A stretch of DNA of 64,000 nucleotides from NCBI GenBank assembly GCA_036506035.1, contig DASXSL010000023.1, forward strand, positions 10 through 64,009, given 5' to 3'. A program made the position numbers and the translations under genes. Origin of the DNA: Gemmatimonadaceae bacterium. Its GTDB lineage: Bacteria > Gemmatimonadota > Gemmatimonadetes > Gemmatimonadales > Gemmatimonadaceae. Positions 9,577 to 19,993 of the stretch are shown here, piece after piece; the first letter of the stretch is position 1; each line of letters opens with the position of its first letter. The notes beneath the pieces were generated by a model. It saw only the letters and a list, made by a program, of their open reading frames with translations. It searched no databases and was not told where the DNA came from.

Positions 9577-10464
9577 ATGAAAGTTGCCTTCATCGGTCTC
9601 GGCGACATCGGCCAACTCATGGCGTCGCACCTGACTCGCGAGCCATTCGAGCTGGTGGTATGGAATCGAACCGCGTCAAAAGCCGCAGAATTCGCGCACA
9701 ATCACAAGGCGCAGGTAGCTGACAACCCGGCATCAGCAGTTCGCGACGCAGACGTGGTAATCACCTGCCTGCCGTCCTCCATTGAAGTCGAGGCCGTTAT
9801 GCACGGCGAGAATGGCATTCTTGAAGCAATGCGCAAAGGATCGGTGCTCATCGATTGCACCTCCGGCGATCCGCCAACTTCGCGTTCCATCGCGGCGGAG
9901 CTTGGCGGACGTGGGGTCGAATTCATCGATGCACCGGTGAGTGGAGGAACGACCGCGGCAAAGGCAGGCACCCTCACAGTCATGTGGGGCGGAGACATCA
10001 CCGTCTTCGAGCGCGTGCGGTCTGTGATCGAGGCGTTCGGCAAGAAGATCGTGCATGCAGGGCCAGTGGGATCTGGTGACGCCCTCAAGGCAGTCAACAA
10101 CGCGCTGCTGGCGGTTCACATCCTGTCGACCGCGGAGGGCCTGGCAATTCTGGTCAAGGCGGGAGTGGATCCGAAGGTCGCCCTCGAAGTGATCAATGCA
10201 TCGAGTGGACGCTCCAACAGCTCCGAGAATCTGATTCCCCAGCGAGTTCTGACGCGCGCGTTTCCCAGAACTTTCAGGCTGGCACTGTTGGAAAAGGACA
10301 TCGGCATCGCGGCTGTGATGGCCGAAGACCTCGATGCCAAGACGCCGGTGATCTCGTTAACGGCGGAACGTTTTCACGAAGCGCGTGAAAAACTCGGCGA
10401 GAGCGCGGACCACGTAGAAGCGGTGAAGATCGTGGAAGAGGAGAACGGCATCGAGATCAAGTGA
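9577..10464 (+). CDS. Beta-hydroxyacid dehydrogenase family NAD(P)-dependent oxidoreductase (3-hydroxyisobutyrate dehydrogenase-like)
   Basis: GLGDIG Rossmann motif, DAPVSGG, KAVNN. Confidence 0.9.
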   Translation: MKVAFIGLGDIGQLMASHLTREPFELVVWNRTASKAAEFAHNHKAQVADNPASAVRDADVVITCLPSSIEVEAVMHGENGILEAMRKGSVLIDCTSGDPPTSRSIAAELGGRGVEFIDAPVSGGTTAAKAGTLTVMWGGDITVFERVRSVIEAFGKKIVHAGPVGSGDALKAVNNALLAVHILSTAEGLAILVKAGVDPKVALEVINASSGRSNSSENLIPQRVLTRAFPRTFRLALLEKDIGIAAVMAEDLDAKTPVISLTAERFHEAREKLGESADHVEAVKIVEEENGIEIK

Positions 10465-10492
10465 TGTCGTGCTCGACGCCCGGAGTCCTCTA

Positions 10493-11077
10493 CTAGCGTT
10501 GACGCGCGAGCGCGGCGCGATCCACTTCTGCTATGCGCTGGGCTGCCAAATCCGGATCGATCCGGGGAGCGACTTCTTCGTCGGACAGCTCCGAAGTCCA
10601 CTGTGCTCTTGCCACTACGCGTTCGCCGTTGGGAACGAGTCTTCCAAACTCGATTTCCGCCCTGCGGCAGAAGCGCTCCTGCCGGGCGCGATCTTCCATC
10701 TCCAGCGGAAATCCCAGCACATCCAGCCGCGCGTGCATTGCTTCGTGGAGGATTGTTGCCGCCACTTCGGCGTCGGAGAAGCTGGGATTCACGCTGAAGG
10801 TCAGCTCGACCAGGCAGGCACGCTGCTCGTGGAAATACGCTCCTCGGCAAGCGAAGCGTTTGACGATGATGTGATCGAAATCTCTCTGGAGATGGCGAAA
10901 GTGATGTGGCACGTGATCCCGGATCAGTGCCAACGCCCGCTGGAGTCGGGCGACTACCTCCTCGGTTTTGACATCGGGTCTGGTATTCTCCACTACTACG
11001 GGTACGCCGAGGACGTCGTACCGGGCGATCGCGGCGGATTGGCCGCCGAAAACGGAATTCAGGAGACGTCCGAGCAC
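10493..11077 (-). CDS. Hypothetical HExxH-motif (putative zinc metallopeptidase-like) protein
   Basis: ILHEAMHARL motif and a downstream Glu; fills the gap between flanking genes. Confidence 0.6.
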   Translation of the reverse strand: MLGRLLNSVFGGQSAAIARYDVLGVPVVVENTRPDVKTEEVVARLQRALALIRDHVPHHFRHLQRDFDHIIVKRFACRGAYFHEQRACLVELTFSVNPSFSDAEVAATILHEAMHARLDVLGFPLEMEDRARQERFCRRAEIEFGRLVPNGERVVARAQWTSELSDEEVAPRIDPDLAAQRIAEVDRAALARQR

Positions 11078-11191
11078 CTCGAATCATACACAAACCCGAC
11101 GCTACAGCGTCGCACCGGAATCGGGACTGGTCAACGCCGCTGCGGCGACTGACTTCAATTAGGTCTGGTCGGGCGCCATATTTGTGCACCA

Positions 11192-11740
11192 ATGGCTACG
11201 AAAACCACGACGGTCCTCGACGCCCGGGCCGTTGAGCGCACCCTGAAGCGCATGTCAGTAGAGATCGTCGAGCTCAACCGAGGAACGGACGACCTCATTA
11301 TCGTTGGAATTCAGCGTCGCGGCGTTCAGCTCGCCGATAGACTGGTCAAGATGATCGAAGGCGGCGAAGGCGTGGCCGTCCCCCAAGGCTCGCTTGACAT
11401 CACTCTTTATCGAGACGATCTCCAAACCGTGGGGCCGCGACCGGTGGTTGGTCCGACCTACCTGCCCTGGGATCTCGACGACAAGCACGTCGTGATCGTC
11501 GACGACGTGTTGTACACTGGGCGAACCGTACGGGCAGCTCTCGACGAGCTCGCTGATTTCGGCCGTCCGGCGTCCATCTCTCTGGCGGTTCTGATTGATC
11601 GCGGCGGGCGCGAGCTTCCGATTCACGCCGACGTCGTCGGCAAGAAAATCGAGGTTGGAGACGACGATCGCGTCGATGTACTGGTAGCCGAGCTCGATGA
11701 GCGAACGGAGGTAGTGATCGTGCCCAAGTCGGCGGCGTGA
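11192..11740 (+). CDS. pyrR: Bifunctional pyrimidine operon regulator / uracil phosphoribosyltransferase
   Basis: [24 protein letters not shown] and DRGGRELPI motifs. Confidence 0.95.
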   Translation: MATKTTTVLDARAVERTLKRMSVEIVELNRGTDDLIIVGIQRRGVQLADRLVKMIEGGEGVAVPQGSLDITLYRDDLQTVGPRPVVGPTYLPWDLDDKHVVIVDDVLYTGRTVRAALDELADFGRPASISLAVLIDRGGRELPIHADVVGKKIEVGDDDRVDVLVAELDERTEVVIVPKSAA

Positions 11741-12717
11741 CGGGGACGCTCGGCAAGGATCTACTGGGGCTCGAGTCGCTGACGGGCGAGCAAATCCGTC
11801 TCATTCTCGACACCGCCGAGCCATTCAAGGAAATCAGCGAGCGGGCGATAAAGAAGGTTCCCGCGCTACGCGGCTCGACCATCGTGAACCTCTTCTTCGA
11901 GAACTCGACCCGCACCCGTATCTCCTTCGAGTTCGCCGAAAAGAGATTGTCCGCCGACACAGTCAACGTTTCTGCGACGGGATCGAGTGTATCCAAGGGC
12001 GAAACGCTGGTCGATACCGCGCGCAATCTCGAGGCAATGCGGATCGACATGGTGGTGATCCGTCACTCCGCTTCGGGGGCGGCCAAATTCCTGGCCGATC
12101 GGATCCAGTCGAACGTGATCAATGCCGGCGATGGGACACACGAGCATCCGACGCAAGGGCTTCTCGACATTCTCACGCTGCGTGACCGATTCGGTGATCT
12201 GAAGGGTCGACGCGTTTGCATCTGCGGCGACATCCTGCATTCACGCGTCGCGAGGTCGAACATCTGGGGGCTGACCAAGCTCGGCGCGGAAGTGGCCGTC
12301 TGCGGTCCGCGATCGCTGCTGCCGAACGCGATCGACGAGTTCGGAGTGCGGATTTTCGATCGCGTCGAGGAAGCAATCGAGTGGGCGGAGGCGCTGAATG
12401 TACTGCGTCTCCAGTTCGAGCGGATGACCGCCGGATATATCCCGTCTGCACGCGAGTACAATCGGGTCTTCGGGATTTCGCGCGAGAGACTGGAGCGTGC
12501 CAAGCGCGACATACTCATTTTGCACCCCGGGCCAATGAACCGCGGCGTGGAGATCGACTCTGATGTGGCCGACGGCCCACACAGCGTGATACTCGATCAG
12601 GTGACGAACGGCGTCGCCATTCGAATGGCCGTCCTCTATCTGCTCGCCGGCGGGAAACCAGAGCTGGCCGAAGCCGCAAAGGGTGGCAGTGGTCGCGGAC
12701 GGGAGGAGCGCGAGTGA
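11737..12717 (+). CDS. pyrB: Aspartate carbamoyltransferase catalytic subunit
   Basis: [22 protein letters not shown]. Confidence 0.97.
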   Translation: MTGTLGKDLLGLESLTGEQIRLILDTAEPFKEISERAIKKVPALRGSTIVNLFFENSTRTRISFEFAEKRLSADTVNVSATGSSVSKGETLVDTARNLEAMRIDMVVIRHSASGAAKFLADRIQSNVINAGDGTHEHPTQGLLDILTLRDRFGDLKGRRVCICGDILHSRVARSNIWGLTKLGAEVAVCGPRSLLPNAIDEFGVRIFDRVEEAIEWAEALNVLRLQFERMTAGYIPSAREYNRVFGISRERLERAKRDILILHPGPMNRGVEIDSDVADGPHSVILDQVTNGVAIRMAVLYLLAGGKPELAEAAKGGSGRGREERE

Positions 12718-14042
12718 AGCCCGTACTCCTGCGGGGCGGTACCCTGGTGGATCCGTCGCAGAGGTTGAACGAAATCGGCGATCTCCTCATCGCCGACGGG
12801 ACAGTTGCGGGCGTGGGTGGTGGCCTTCAGACGCCCGATGATGCCGAAGTGATCGACTGCGACGGCCTGATCGTGTCGCCTGGCTTCATCGACGTGCATT
12901 GCCATCTCCGCGAGCCCGGACGTGAAGATGTGGAGACGATTGCGACGGGTGCACGTGCTGCGGCGGCCGGCGGCTTCACCGCAGTTTGCGCGATGCCCAA
13001 CACCGATCCGGTCACCGACAATCAGGCAGCCGTCGGATTCATTGTCCGTCAGGCGCAACGGGCGCAGGCGGCGCGAGTCTATCCGATCGGCGCCATCTCT
13101 GTGGGGCAGGAAGGAAGAGTGCTGGCCGAGTTTGGCGAGATGGTCGGCGCAGGCGCGGTAGCAGTAAGTGACGATGGAAAGCCGGTCGCGAGTGCTCACC
13201 TAATGCGCACTGCGTTGGAGTACGCGCGGACGTTCAGGATTCCGGTCATCGATCACTGCGAAGAACCGACACTCTCGGCTGGTGGAGCGATGAACGAAGG
13301 AATCGTCAGCGCTCACCTCGGACTGAAAGGAATTCCAGCGGAAGCCGAAGAGATCATGGTCATCCGCGACATTCTTCTCGCGAGACTGACCGGTGGTCAC
13401 GTGCATCTCGCCCACATGAGCACCAAAGGATCCGTCGAGCTGGTTCGCTGGGGTAAGGATCGCGGCATCAATGTCACGGCCGAGGCGTGTCCGCATCATC
13501 TCTCGCTGACCGAAGAGCGGGTCCGCGCCTACGACACCAACGCGAAGATGAACCCGCCGCTGCGTACGGAGAAAGACGTGGAGGCGCTGCGTCAGGCGGT
13601 GAAGGATGGAACGATAGACCTGATCGCGACCGACCACGCACCGCATCACTATGACGAGAAGGAGCGGGAGTTTGCTGATGCTCCAAATGGGATCGTAGGA
13701 CTGGAGACGGCGCTGGCCGTGATCATTACGAATCTGGTGGAGACAGGCCTACTCGGCTTCTCCGATCTCGTCGATCGGATGGCGTGTACACCGGCTCGCA
13801 TCTTCAATCTTCCCGGCGGTTCGCTCAAGCGGGGCGCGGTCGCCGACGTGAGCGTATTCGATCCGAAGGCTCGCTGGACGGTCGACGTCTCCCAATTTGC
13901 CAGCAAAGGAAGGAACAGCCCCTACAACGGAATGCCCCTGGTTGGGCGCGCCGCTTGTACTATTGTGGCGGGGTCGGTCGTCTATCGATCGGCGATTCCC
14001 GCCCGCGGCCGGGAGTCAAGGACGAACCGAGTTAGGGGATGA
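12714..14042 (+). CDS. pyrC: Dihydroorotase (type I)
   Basis: [32 protein letters not shown]. Confidence 0.95.
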   Translation: MKPVLLRGGTLVDPSQRLNEIGDLLIADGTVAGVGGGLQTPDDAEVIDCDGLIVSPGFIDVHCHLREPGREDVETIATGARAAAAGGFTAVCAMPNTDPVTDNQAAVGFIVRQAQRAQAARVYPIGAISVGQEGRVLAEFGEMVGAGAVAVSDDGKPVASAHLMRTALEYARTFRIPVIDHCEEPTLSAGGAMNEGIVSAHLGLKGIPAEAEEIMVIRDILLARLTGGHVHLAHMSTKGSVELVRWGKDRGINVTAEACPHHLSLTEERVRAYDTNAKMNPPLRTEKDVEALRQAVKDGTIDLIATDHAPHHYDEKEREFADAPNGIVGLETALAVIITNLVETGLLGFSDLVDRMACTPARIFNLPGGSLKRGAVADVSVFDPKARWTVDVSQFASKGRNSPYNGMPLVGRAACTIVAGSVVYRSAIPARGRESRTNRVRG

Positions 14043-14048
14043 AGCACG

Positions 14049-14888
14049 ATGGCTGATAAAGAGCCAGTCTCGCTGGACGCGCTCAACGGACTATTGAAGG
14101 AGCGACAAAGATACGAGGAGTGGCTCGCGGCGCTGGACCAGAAGCGCGCGAACACTTCCGAATCTGTCTTCGCGCGCGTCCAATCCGACTACCAGACTCG
14201 GCTCCGCGAAGTCTCGAGCAAGCTTGCCGAACGTGCCAGCGAGCTGCGCGAGAGCATCGATACCCTCACCACCCGACTCGAAGAGATATCTCGCCAGGAA
14301 CTGCAGCAGCGGGAGGCGCGGCAGGAAGCGGAGCTACGCGCCGCGGTCGGTGAGTACACCGACAAACAGTGGAAAGAAATCGGCGGAGCGTGGGACAAGG
14401 AGCTGGCGCGGCTGGTCAAAGAAAAAAACGCTGTCGACGCGCAGCTGACCGAGCTCAATCGGATCTTCGCGCTGAGCATGAAGGAGAAGCAGGCAGAGGC
14501 AATTCTGGCGAGGATTGGCTCCGAGGACGGCTCTCGCACGCCGATCTCACCAGTAGTGCCGCGGCCGGCCATCCCCGAGCCGCCGACGCTCAATCCGCCA
14601 AGTCGTGTCGAGCAGCCGGTCAGCTCGCGAGCGCCGGCACCAGCGCCGACTGCGCCAACCGGGCGAACACCCTTCGACGAATTCCCGGTGTTGCGTCCAG
14701 GAACCGGGACTGTGTCGCCGCCGTCATCCGCCGCGGTCGCAACACCGCCGTCGGTGCCGAAGAGCGGAGGAGCGAATGACCCGCGCTCCGAACAACACAA
14801 AACGCTCAAGTGTCCGGAATGTGGAGCAGCGAACTACCCGACGGAGTGGTACTGCGAGCGATGTGGCGGCGAGTTGGCGACGATGTAA
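14049..14888 (+). CDS. Hypothetical coiled-coil protein with Pro-rich linker and C-terminal zinc ribbon
   Basis: Heptad-like N-terminus; CPEC..CERC at the C-terminus; ends just before the terminator. Confidence 0.75.
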   Translation: MADKEPVSLDALNGLLKERQRYEEWLAALDQKRANTSESVFARVQSDYQTRLREVSSKLAERASELRESIDTLTTRLEEISRQELQQREARQEAELRAAVGEYTDKQWKEIGGAWDKELARLVKEKNAVDAQLTELNRIFALSMKEKQAEAILARIGSEDGSRTPISPVVPRPAIPEPPTLNPPSRVEQPVSSRAPAPAPTAPTGRTPFDEFPVLRPGTGTVSPPSSAAVATPPSVPKSGGANDPRSEQHKTLKCPECGAANYPTEWYCERCGGELATM

Positions 14889-14894
14889 AAACAG

Positions 14895-14922
14895 AAGGGC
14901 GCCTTTACGGCGCCCTTTTTTT
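14895..14922. terminator. Intrinsic terminator, probably bidirectional
   Basis: AAGGGCGCC-TTTAC-GGCGCCCTT followed by a T run, with an A-rich tract upstream; lies between convergent genes. Confidence 0.85.
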
Positions 14923-14938
14923 GTTTCGGTTTGAGATA

Positions 14939-15169
14939 TTACTTCGCTGCTCTGGCGAGCTGACTCTTGTGACGCGCGGCAGCGTTCTTGTGAATGAGAC
15001 CCTTGCGCGACGCACGATCGAGCAGCTTTACGGCGGCCAACCTGTCCTCAGCTGTCCCGTTAGCTGCGCGCTTGAGCGCGGTACGGAGTGCGGATTTTTG
15101 GGCGCGGTTGCGAATCGCAGCTGCGCGCGATTTCCGCATGTTCTTTTTGGCTGAAGCAAGATTCGGCAC
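14939..15169 (-). CDS. rpsT: 30S ribosomal protein S20
   Basis: MPNLASAKKNMRKS...GLIHKNAAARHKS; GTG start at 15169. Confidence 0.95.
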   Translation of the reverse strand: MPNLASAKKNMRKSRAAAIRNRAQKSALRTALKRAANGTAEDRLAAVKLLDRASRKGLIHKNAAARHKSQLARAAK

Positions 15170-15299
15170 TAACTGATCTCCGGGTATTTTTGTTGGTGAG
15201 TAGCCGTTAAATTTGCTGTGCGAATGCATTCAGGTCAAGCTGCCGAAGTTGTGAAGAGGCGCTAACTTAACCGCAGATCGCCACCTCAGCCCAAGGCAA

Positions 15300-15986
15300 T
15301 TGGACAAATCGTTTGAGCAGTTCATTCTCGTTGCGCCGGTGCTGCTCTTTTCCATGGTTGCGCACGAGTATGCGCACGGCTACGCCGCGCTCAAGCAGGG
15401 CGATACGACAGCGTACGCCCTGGGCAGGTTGACCTGGAACCCGATCCCGCACATCGACCTGTTCATGACGATTCTCTTGCCACTGGTCACGTATCTCACC
15501 ACGGGAATCGCGTTCGGTGGCGCCAAGCCGGTGCCCGTAATTCCACGCAATTACCGGAATTACAAACGCGGCGACATCATCGTGTCCCTGGCCGGAGTCG
15601 CTACGAATTTCGTGATCGCCATCTGCTGCATTCCGCTCATCATTCTGGTGGGATTCGTCGGACGCAACGTTCCAGCTCTCACGACTTCCGGTGCAATTCT
15701 CCAGGCGATGCTGCTGTACGGTGTCCTGATCAACCTCGCGCTCGCCGCCTTCAATCTTATTCCGATTCCGCCACTCGATGGCTCGCATGTCTTTAAGTAC
15801 CTGCTGCCGCCGGCTTGGGCGCTCAATTACCAGCGCCTCGGCGCACGAGGATTGCTGATACTTTTCCTGTTGATTGGATTTGGAGCGCCTGTACTGAATT
15901 TCTGGTTCGCACCGGTATTTCTGCTCGATCGAATCGCGACTCGCGCCGTCTTTCCCTATATCCTGCCGAGCCCATGGACGATGTGA
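15300..15986 (+). CDS. Site-2 protease family (M50) membrane metalloprotease
   Basis: HEYAH and NLIPIPPLDG motifs. Confidence 0.92.
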   Translation: MDKSFEQFILVAPVLLFSMVAHEYAHGYAALKQGDTTAYALGRLTWNPIPHIDLFMTILLPLVTYLTTGIAFGGAKPVPVIPRNYRNYKRGDIIVSLAGVATNFVIAICCIPLIILVGFVGRNVPALTTSGAILQAMLLYGVLINLALAAFNLIPIPPLDGSHVFKYLLPPAWALNYQRLGARGLLILFLLIGFGAPVLNFWFAPVFLLDRIATRAVFPYILPSPWTM

Positions 15987-16741
15987 CGATGATGCACTCG
16001 AGCTCACTCGCGGTCGCCGACGCCGCGGCGTCCGAAGTCTTCGTCGTTGAGCTAGCTGAATACTCGGGACCACTGGATCTGCTGCTGACGCTGATCCGTG
16101 ACGAGCAGATAGACATCTACGACATCCCGATTGCGATAATCGCCGAGCAGTTTCTGGCGCGCATCTCGTCGCTAAAGCTGGATGAAGCTGCCGACTACCT
16201 CGAGATGGCAGCGAGACTTCTTCGCATCAAGGCGCAAATGCTGCTGCCTCGCCGCGAAGGCGAGGATGTTTGGGAGGATCCGCGCGCAGAGCTGGTACGG
16301 CGGCTGCTCGAGTACCAGCAGGTGAGAGAAGTGGTCGACGTCCTGGAGCGCCGCAGCGAGGACCGTCGGTCGCGTTTCGCACGGGCGTACACCCACGCCG
16401 CTGTGCAGGTCCCGGTTGCGGGACCACTAACGATTTCACTGCCGGAGCTGCTGTCCGCGGTCGATCGGGTGCTGCGGCTGGCGCGCAAGCCGCACATCCA
16501 CGACGTCGTTCCGCGGGCTCTCGACGTCGATGGGGCAATTGGAATCGTGCGTGCTTTGTTGGCAATTCGGGCTCGCGCGCACTGGAAGGATATCCTGCCG
16601 CGAAAGGCGGAGCCGTGGGAAGTTTTGTCGCTGCTGCTGGCGCTTTTGGAGCTGGCGAAGCGTGGTGAGCTGAAGCTGATGCAGCCGCGAGCGTTCGCTG
16701 CTTTCGAGATAACGCGTGACAGCTCTAGCGAAGCTGCTTGA
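15983..16741 (+). CDS. scpA: Segregation/condensation protein A
   Basis: YSGPLDLLLTLI..IDIYDIPI, LLRIKAQMLLP, DPRAELVRRLLEY. Start at GTG 15983 or ATG 15989. Confidence 0.92.
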   Translation: MTMMHSSSLAVADAAASEVFVVELAEYSGPLDLLLTLIRDEQIDIYDIPIAIIAEQFLARISSLKLDEAADYLEMAARLLRIKAQMLLPRREGEDVWEDPRAELVRRLLEYQQVREVVDVLERRSEDRRSRFARAYTHAAVQVPVAGPLTISLPELLSAVDRVLRLARKPHIHDVVPRALDVDGAIGIVRALLAIRARAHWKDILPRKAEPWEVLSLLLALLELAKRGELKLMQPRAFAAFEITRDSSSEAA

Positions 16742-17318
16742 GGCGGCGCTCTTCGCGAGCGCGGCACCGGTCCCTGTGGATGCGTTGCGCGCTATGGCCG
16801 CGCACGCGGAAGATGGTGAGACGACGCTCGAGTCAGCGCTCGACGAGCTTCGTCTTCACTACGAGAACGATGGACACGGCGTGGAGCTGATCGAGGTCGC
16901 AGGTGGCTGGCAAATACTCACCCGTCCTGAGTACACCGAGGCGATCGAGCGCGCGCAACTCGCCGCGCGGCCGCAGCGGCTCTCTGCGGCGGCACTGGAG
17001 ACGCTCGCGATTATCGCTTACCGCCAACCGATCGGGCGAGCCGAAATCGAGGAGATCAGAGGCGTCGGCGCTGGAGCGATTCTGAAATCATTGCAGGAGC
17101 GTGGACTGATCGACGTCGTCGGCCGCGGTGAAGGACTCGGCCGACCGCTTCTGTATGGGACGACTGCGTCGTTCCTGGAACAGTTCGCGCTGCGGCACCT
17201 GGAAGAACTGCCGAGGGCAGACGAGCTGGCCATCGCGCTGCGAGCCCCGCGTCACGCAGCGGCGGCGGCGACCGCACCAACCGGCGACAACGGCGAGGCG
17301 CCCACTCGGGCAGATTGA
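16716..17318 (+). CDS. scpB: Segregation/condensation protein B
   Basis: LEAALFA, LETLAIIAYRQPI, GRPLLYGTT. Confidence 0.95.
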   Translation: MTALAKLLEAALFASAAPVPVDALRAMAAHAEDGETTLESALDELRLHYENDGHGVELIEVAGGWQILTRPEYTEAIERAQLAARPQRLSAAALETLAIIAYRQPIGRAEIEEIRGVGAGAILKSLQERGLIDVVGRGEGLGRPLLYGTTASFLEQFALRHLEELPRADELAIALRAPRHAAAAATAPTGDNGEAPTRAD

Positions 17319-18100
17319 TGCCCGAAACAATGCGGATTCAGCGTGCCATCGCGCGCGCCGGAATCGCCTCTCGTCGCGCTGCTGAGGAGCTGGTCGCAGC
17401 CGGGCGCGTCAGAATCAACGGAAGTGTCGCCCTCATTGGGCAGAACGTCGACCCGCAGCGTGACGAAATTCTGGTTGACGGAAAGCTGGTGGAGCAGCCG
17501 ACGCAAGTCAGGTGGATCGTGCTCAATAAACCCGCGGGTGTGTTGACGACCCGCGCCGACCCTTCCGGGCGGCGCACGGTGTTCAATCTGATCGAAGACA
17601 GCCCTGGCATGACGTACGTCGGCCGCCTCGACTACATGACCGAGGGCGTACTCCTTCTGACCAATGACGGCGAAGCGGCGCACAAATTGACACATCCGAG
17701 CGGCGAGATTGAACGGACGTATCTAGCGACGGTGCGTGGGGACGGTGCTGCGGCGGCACGAGCGGCGATGAAAGGTGTAGAGCTGGAAGATGGGATGGTG
17801 ATGCCGCGCGAATTCCTGGCCCGACGCATTGGTCGCGGGTTGTGGGAGATCGAGATCACCATCGCGGAGGGAAGGACAAGAGAAGTAAGGAGGCTGTGCG
17901 AAGCGCTCGGTCTTCAGGTCGAGCGACTGGTGAGGACGAAGTTCGGACCGGTCAAACTGGGGTCGTTGGCGACGGGAAAGACGCGCAATTTGACGGGCCG
18001 GGAAGCGGAAATAATCACCGCGCTCACGAAGAGTGGCGGAAAGAGAAAGAACACTACGCGAGGAACAGGACGTGAGCGCACAAACCGTTACAGCCGCTGA
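17318..18100 (+). CDS. rluB: rRNA pseudouridine synthase (RluB/RsuA family)
   Basis: S4 domain (ASRRAAEEL), NKP, VGRLD; typical position after scpB. Confidence 0.85.
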   Translation: MPETMRIQRAIARAGIASRRAAEELVAAGRVRINGSVALIGQNVDPQRDEILVDGKLVEQPTQVRWIVLNKPAGVLTTRADPSGRRTVFNLIEDSPGMTYVGRLDYMTEGVLLLTNDGEAAHKLTHPSGEIERTYLATVRGDGAAAARAAMKGVELEDGMVMPREFLARRIGRGLWEIEITIAEGRTREVRRLCEALGLQVERLVRTKFGPVKLGSLATGKTRNLTGREAEIITALTKSGGKRKNTTRGTGRERTNRYSR

Positions 18101-19046
18101 TGCAAGCATCGTCCACGAGGTTGTTCATCAGGTAGGAAGGCGTATCGTCGGTCAGGATTATATGGTCGAGCGGCTGATGATAAGCCTGCTCACCGGCGGG
18201 CATGTACTGCTGGAAGGCGTTCCCGGTCTCGCGAAAACACTAACAGTTCGCACCATGGCTGAAACGATCAACACTACGTTCAGCCGCATTCAGTTCACGC
18301 CAGACCTGCTGCCCGCCGACGTCGTCGGCACGCAGATCTACGACCAGTCCAACGGACGGTTCTCGGTCAAGAAGGGACCGATCTTCGCCAACATCATTCT
18401 GGCCGATGAGATCAACCGCGCGCCGGCAAAAGTCCAGGCGGCTCTACTCGAGGCGATGCAGGAAAAGCAGGTGACGATCGGTGGCACCACGCACATTCTC
18501 GAGGAGCCCTTTCTGGTGCTAGCAACCCAGAACCCGATCGAGCAGGAGGGAACGTATCCCCTTCCGGAGGCGCAGGTCGATCGCTTCATGCTGAAGCTGC
18601 ACATCGGCTATCCATCTCGAGACGAAGAGAAAGAGGTGCTGCGCAGAATGGCGAGCGGCGAGCCAATTCCTGTCGACCAAGTTGCAAGTCCCAGGCAGAT
18701 ACTCGAGACGCGCCGTCACATCGCCGAGCTCTACATCGACGAGCGTGTGGTGGACTACATCGTCGACATCGTTCACGCGACGCGTAATCCCGAGCAGGCA
18801 GGGCTGGCCGAGCTCAAACCGCTGATCGAGTTCGGTGCGAGTCCGCGGGCGACGCTGGCGCTGGCACAGGGCTCGCGCGCGCACGCCTTCCTGCGCGGGC
18901 GCGCTTTCGTAACTCCCGACGATGTGAAGGCGATTGCGCCGGACGTCCTGCGCCACCGCGTGCTTCGCACCTACGAAGCGGAGGCCGAAGAGGTCACCAG
19001 CGACGAGATCGTCAGCCGAATCCTGGAAGCCATTCCCGTCCCGTGA
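18072..19046 (+). CDS. MoxR family AAA+ ATPase
   Basis: LEGVPGLAKT, RIQFTPDLLP, DEINRA, ATQNPIEQEGTYPLPEAQ. Confidence 0.95.
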   Translation: MSAQTVTAADASIVHEVVHQVGRRIVGQDYMVERLMISLLTGGHVLLEGVPGLAKTLTVRTMAETINTTFSRIQFTPDLLPADVVGTQIYDQSNGRFSVKKGPIFANIILADEINRAPAKVQAALLEAMQEKQVTIGGTTHILEEPFLVLATQNPIEQEGTYPLPEAQVDRFMLKLHIGYPSRDEEKEVLRRMASGEPIPVDQVASPRQILETRRHIAELYIDERVVDYIVDIVHATRNPEQAGLAELKPLIEFGASPRATLALAQGSRAHAFLRGRAFVTPDDVKAIAPDVLRHRVLRTYEAEAEEVTSDEIVSRILEAIPVP

Positions 19047-19993
19047 TCGGAATCTTTCGCAGGAAGCGGCAGCGGAAGGAGCTTCCGAAGCGCACTCCCG
19101 AGAAGCCGATGGGAGTGCCGCCGGAAATTCTGCGGCAAGTAAAGCTGATCGAGCTGCGCACGCGCGGACTCGTGAACTCCGTCTTCACCGGAGAATACCG
19201 GTCGGTGTTCAAGGGGCAGGGAATGGAGTTCTCGGAAGTGCGTGAATATCAGCCGGGAGACGAAGTGCGCTCCATCGACTGGAACGTCACGGCGCGGATG
19301 AGCCGTCCGTTTGTCAAACGCTACATCGAAGAACGTGAGCTGACGGTAATGCTCGTCGTCGATCTCTCCGGCTCGGAACGATTCGGCACCGTGAGAAGGT
19401 TCAAGAGCGAGCTGGCGAGCGAGCTGGCGGCAGTGCTGGCGATGTCGGCGGTACGCAATAACGATCGCGTTGGAGTGCTGCTCTTCACCGATCGCATCGA
19501 GCACGTCGTTCCACCGAGGAAGGGCAGACGTCACGTGCTGAGGATCATTCGCGACCTTCTGGCGTTCGAGCCGGTCGGGCGCGGTACTGACATGGTGCGC
19601 GCTATCGACTACGTGGCGCGCATGCTCAACGAGCACGCAATCGTATTCATCGTTTCGGATTTTCTGGAGGAAGACATCTCGCATCCGCTGAAGCTTCTGG
19701 CGCAGCGTCACGATGTAGTGGCCGTCACCGTCGACGATCCGAGCGAACGCGAGCTCCCGGACATCGGTATCGCGCGCCTCGTAGATCCCGAGACAGGGGA
19801 GACGGTGGAAGTCGACACCAGCAGCTCACCAGTGCGCGAGGCGTACACCGAGCGGGTGATGGCCGAGCGCGAGGAGCGAAAGCATCTGCTTCGCCGCCTG
19901 GCGATCGACGAAGTTGCCGTACACACTGAAGGTGGAGTGGTCGAACCGCTGCTCCGTTTCTTCCGCACGCGCGAAACGCGGCTGCGCCGGTGA
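19043..19993 (+). CDS. DUF58 domain protein
   Basis: GQGMEFSEVREYQPGDEVRSIDWNVTAR; DLSGS. Confidence 0.92.
   Translation: MIGIFRRKRQRKELPKRTPEKPMGVPPEILRQVKLIELRTRGLVNSVFTGEYRSVFKGQGMEFSEVREYQPGDEVRSIDWNVTARMSRPFVKRYIEERELTVMLVVDLSGSERFGTVRRFKSELASELAAVLAMSAVRNNDRVGVLLFTDRIEHVVPPRKGRRHVLRIIRDLLAFEPVGRGTDMVRAIDYVARMLNEHAIVFIVSDFLEEDISHPLKLLAQRHDVVAVTVDDPSERELPDIGIARLVDPETGETVEVDTSSSPVREAYTERVMAEREERKHLLRRLAIDEVAVHTEGGVVEPLLRFFRTRETRLRR

Noticed and set aside
11078-11191. PyrR-binding attenuator upstream of pyrR
   Set aside because: Two short GC palindromes (11097-11112, 11135-11147) are present, but there is no ARUCCNGNGAGGYU binding loop and no terminator U tract.
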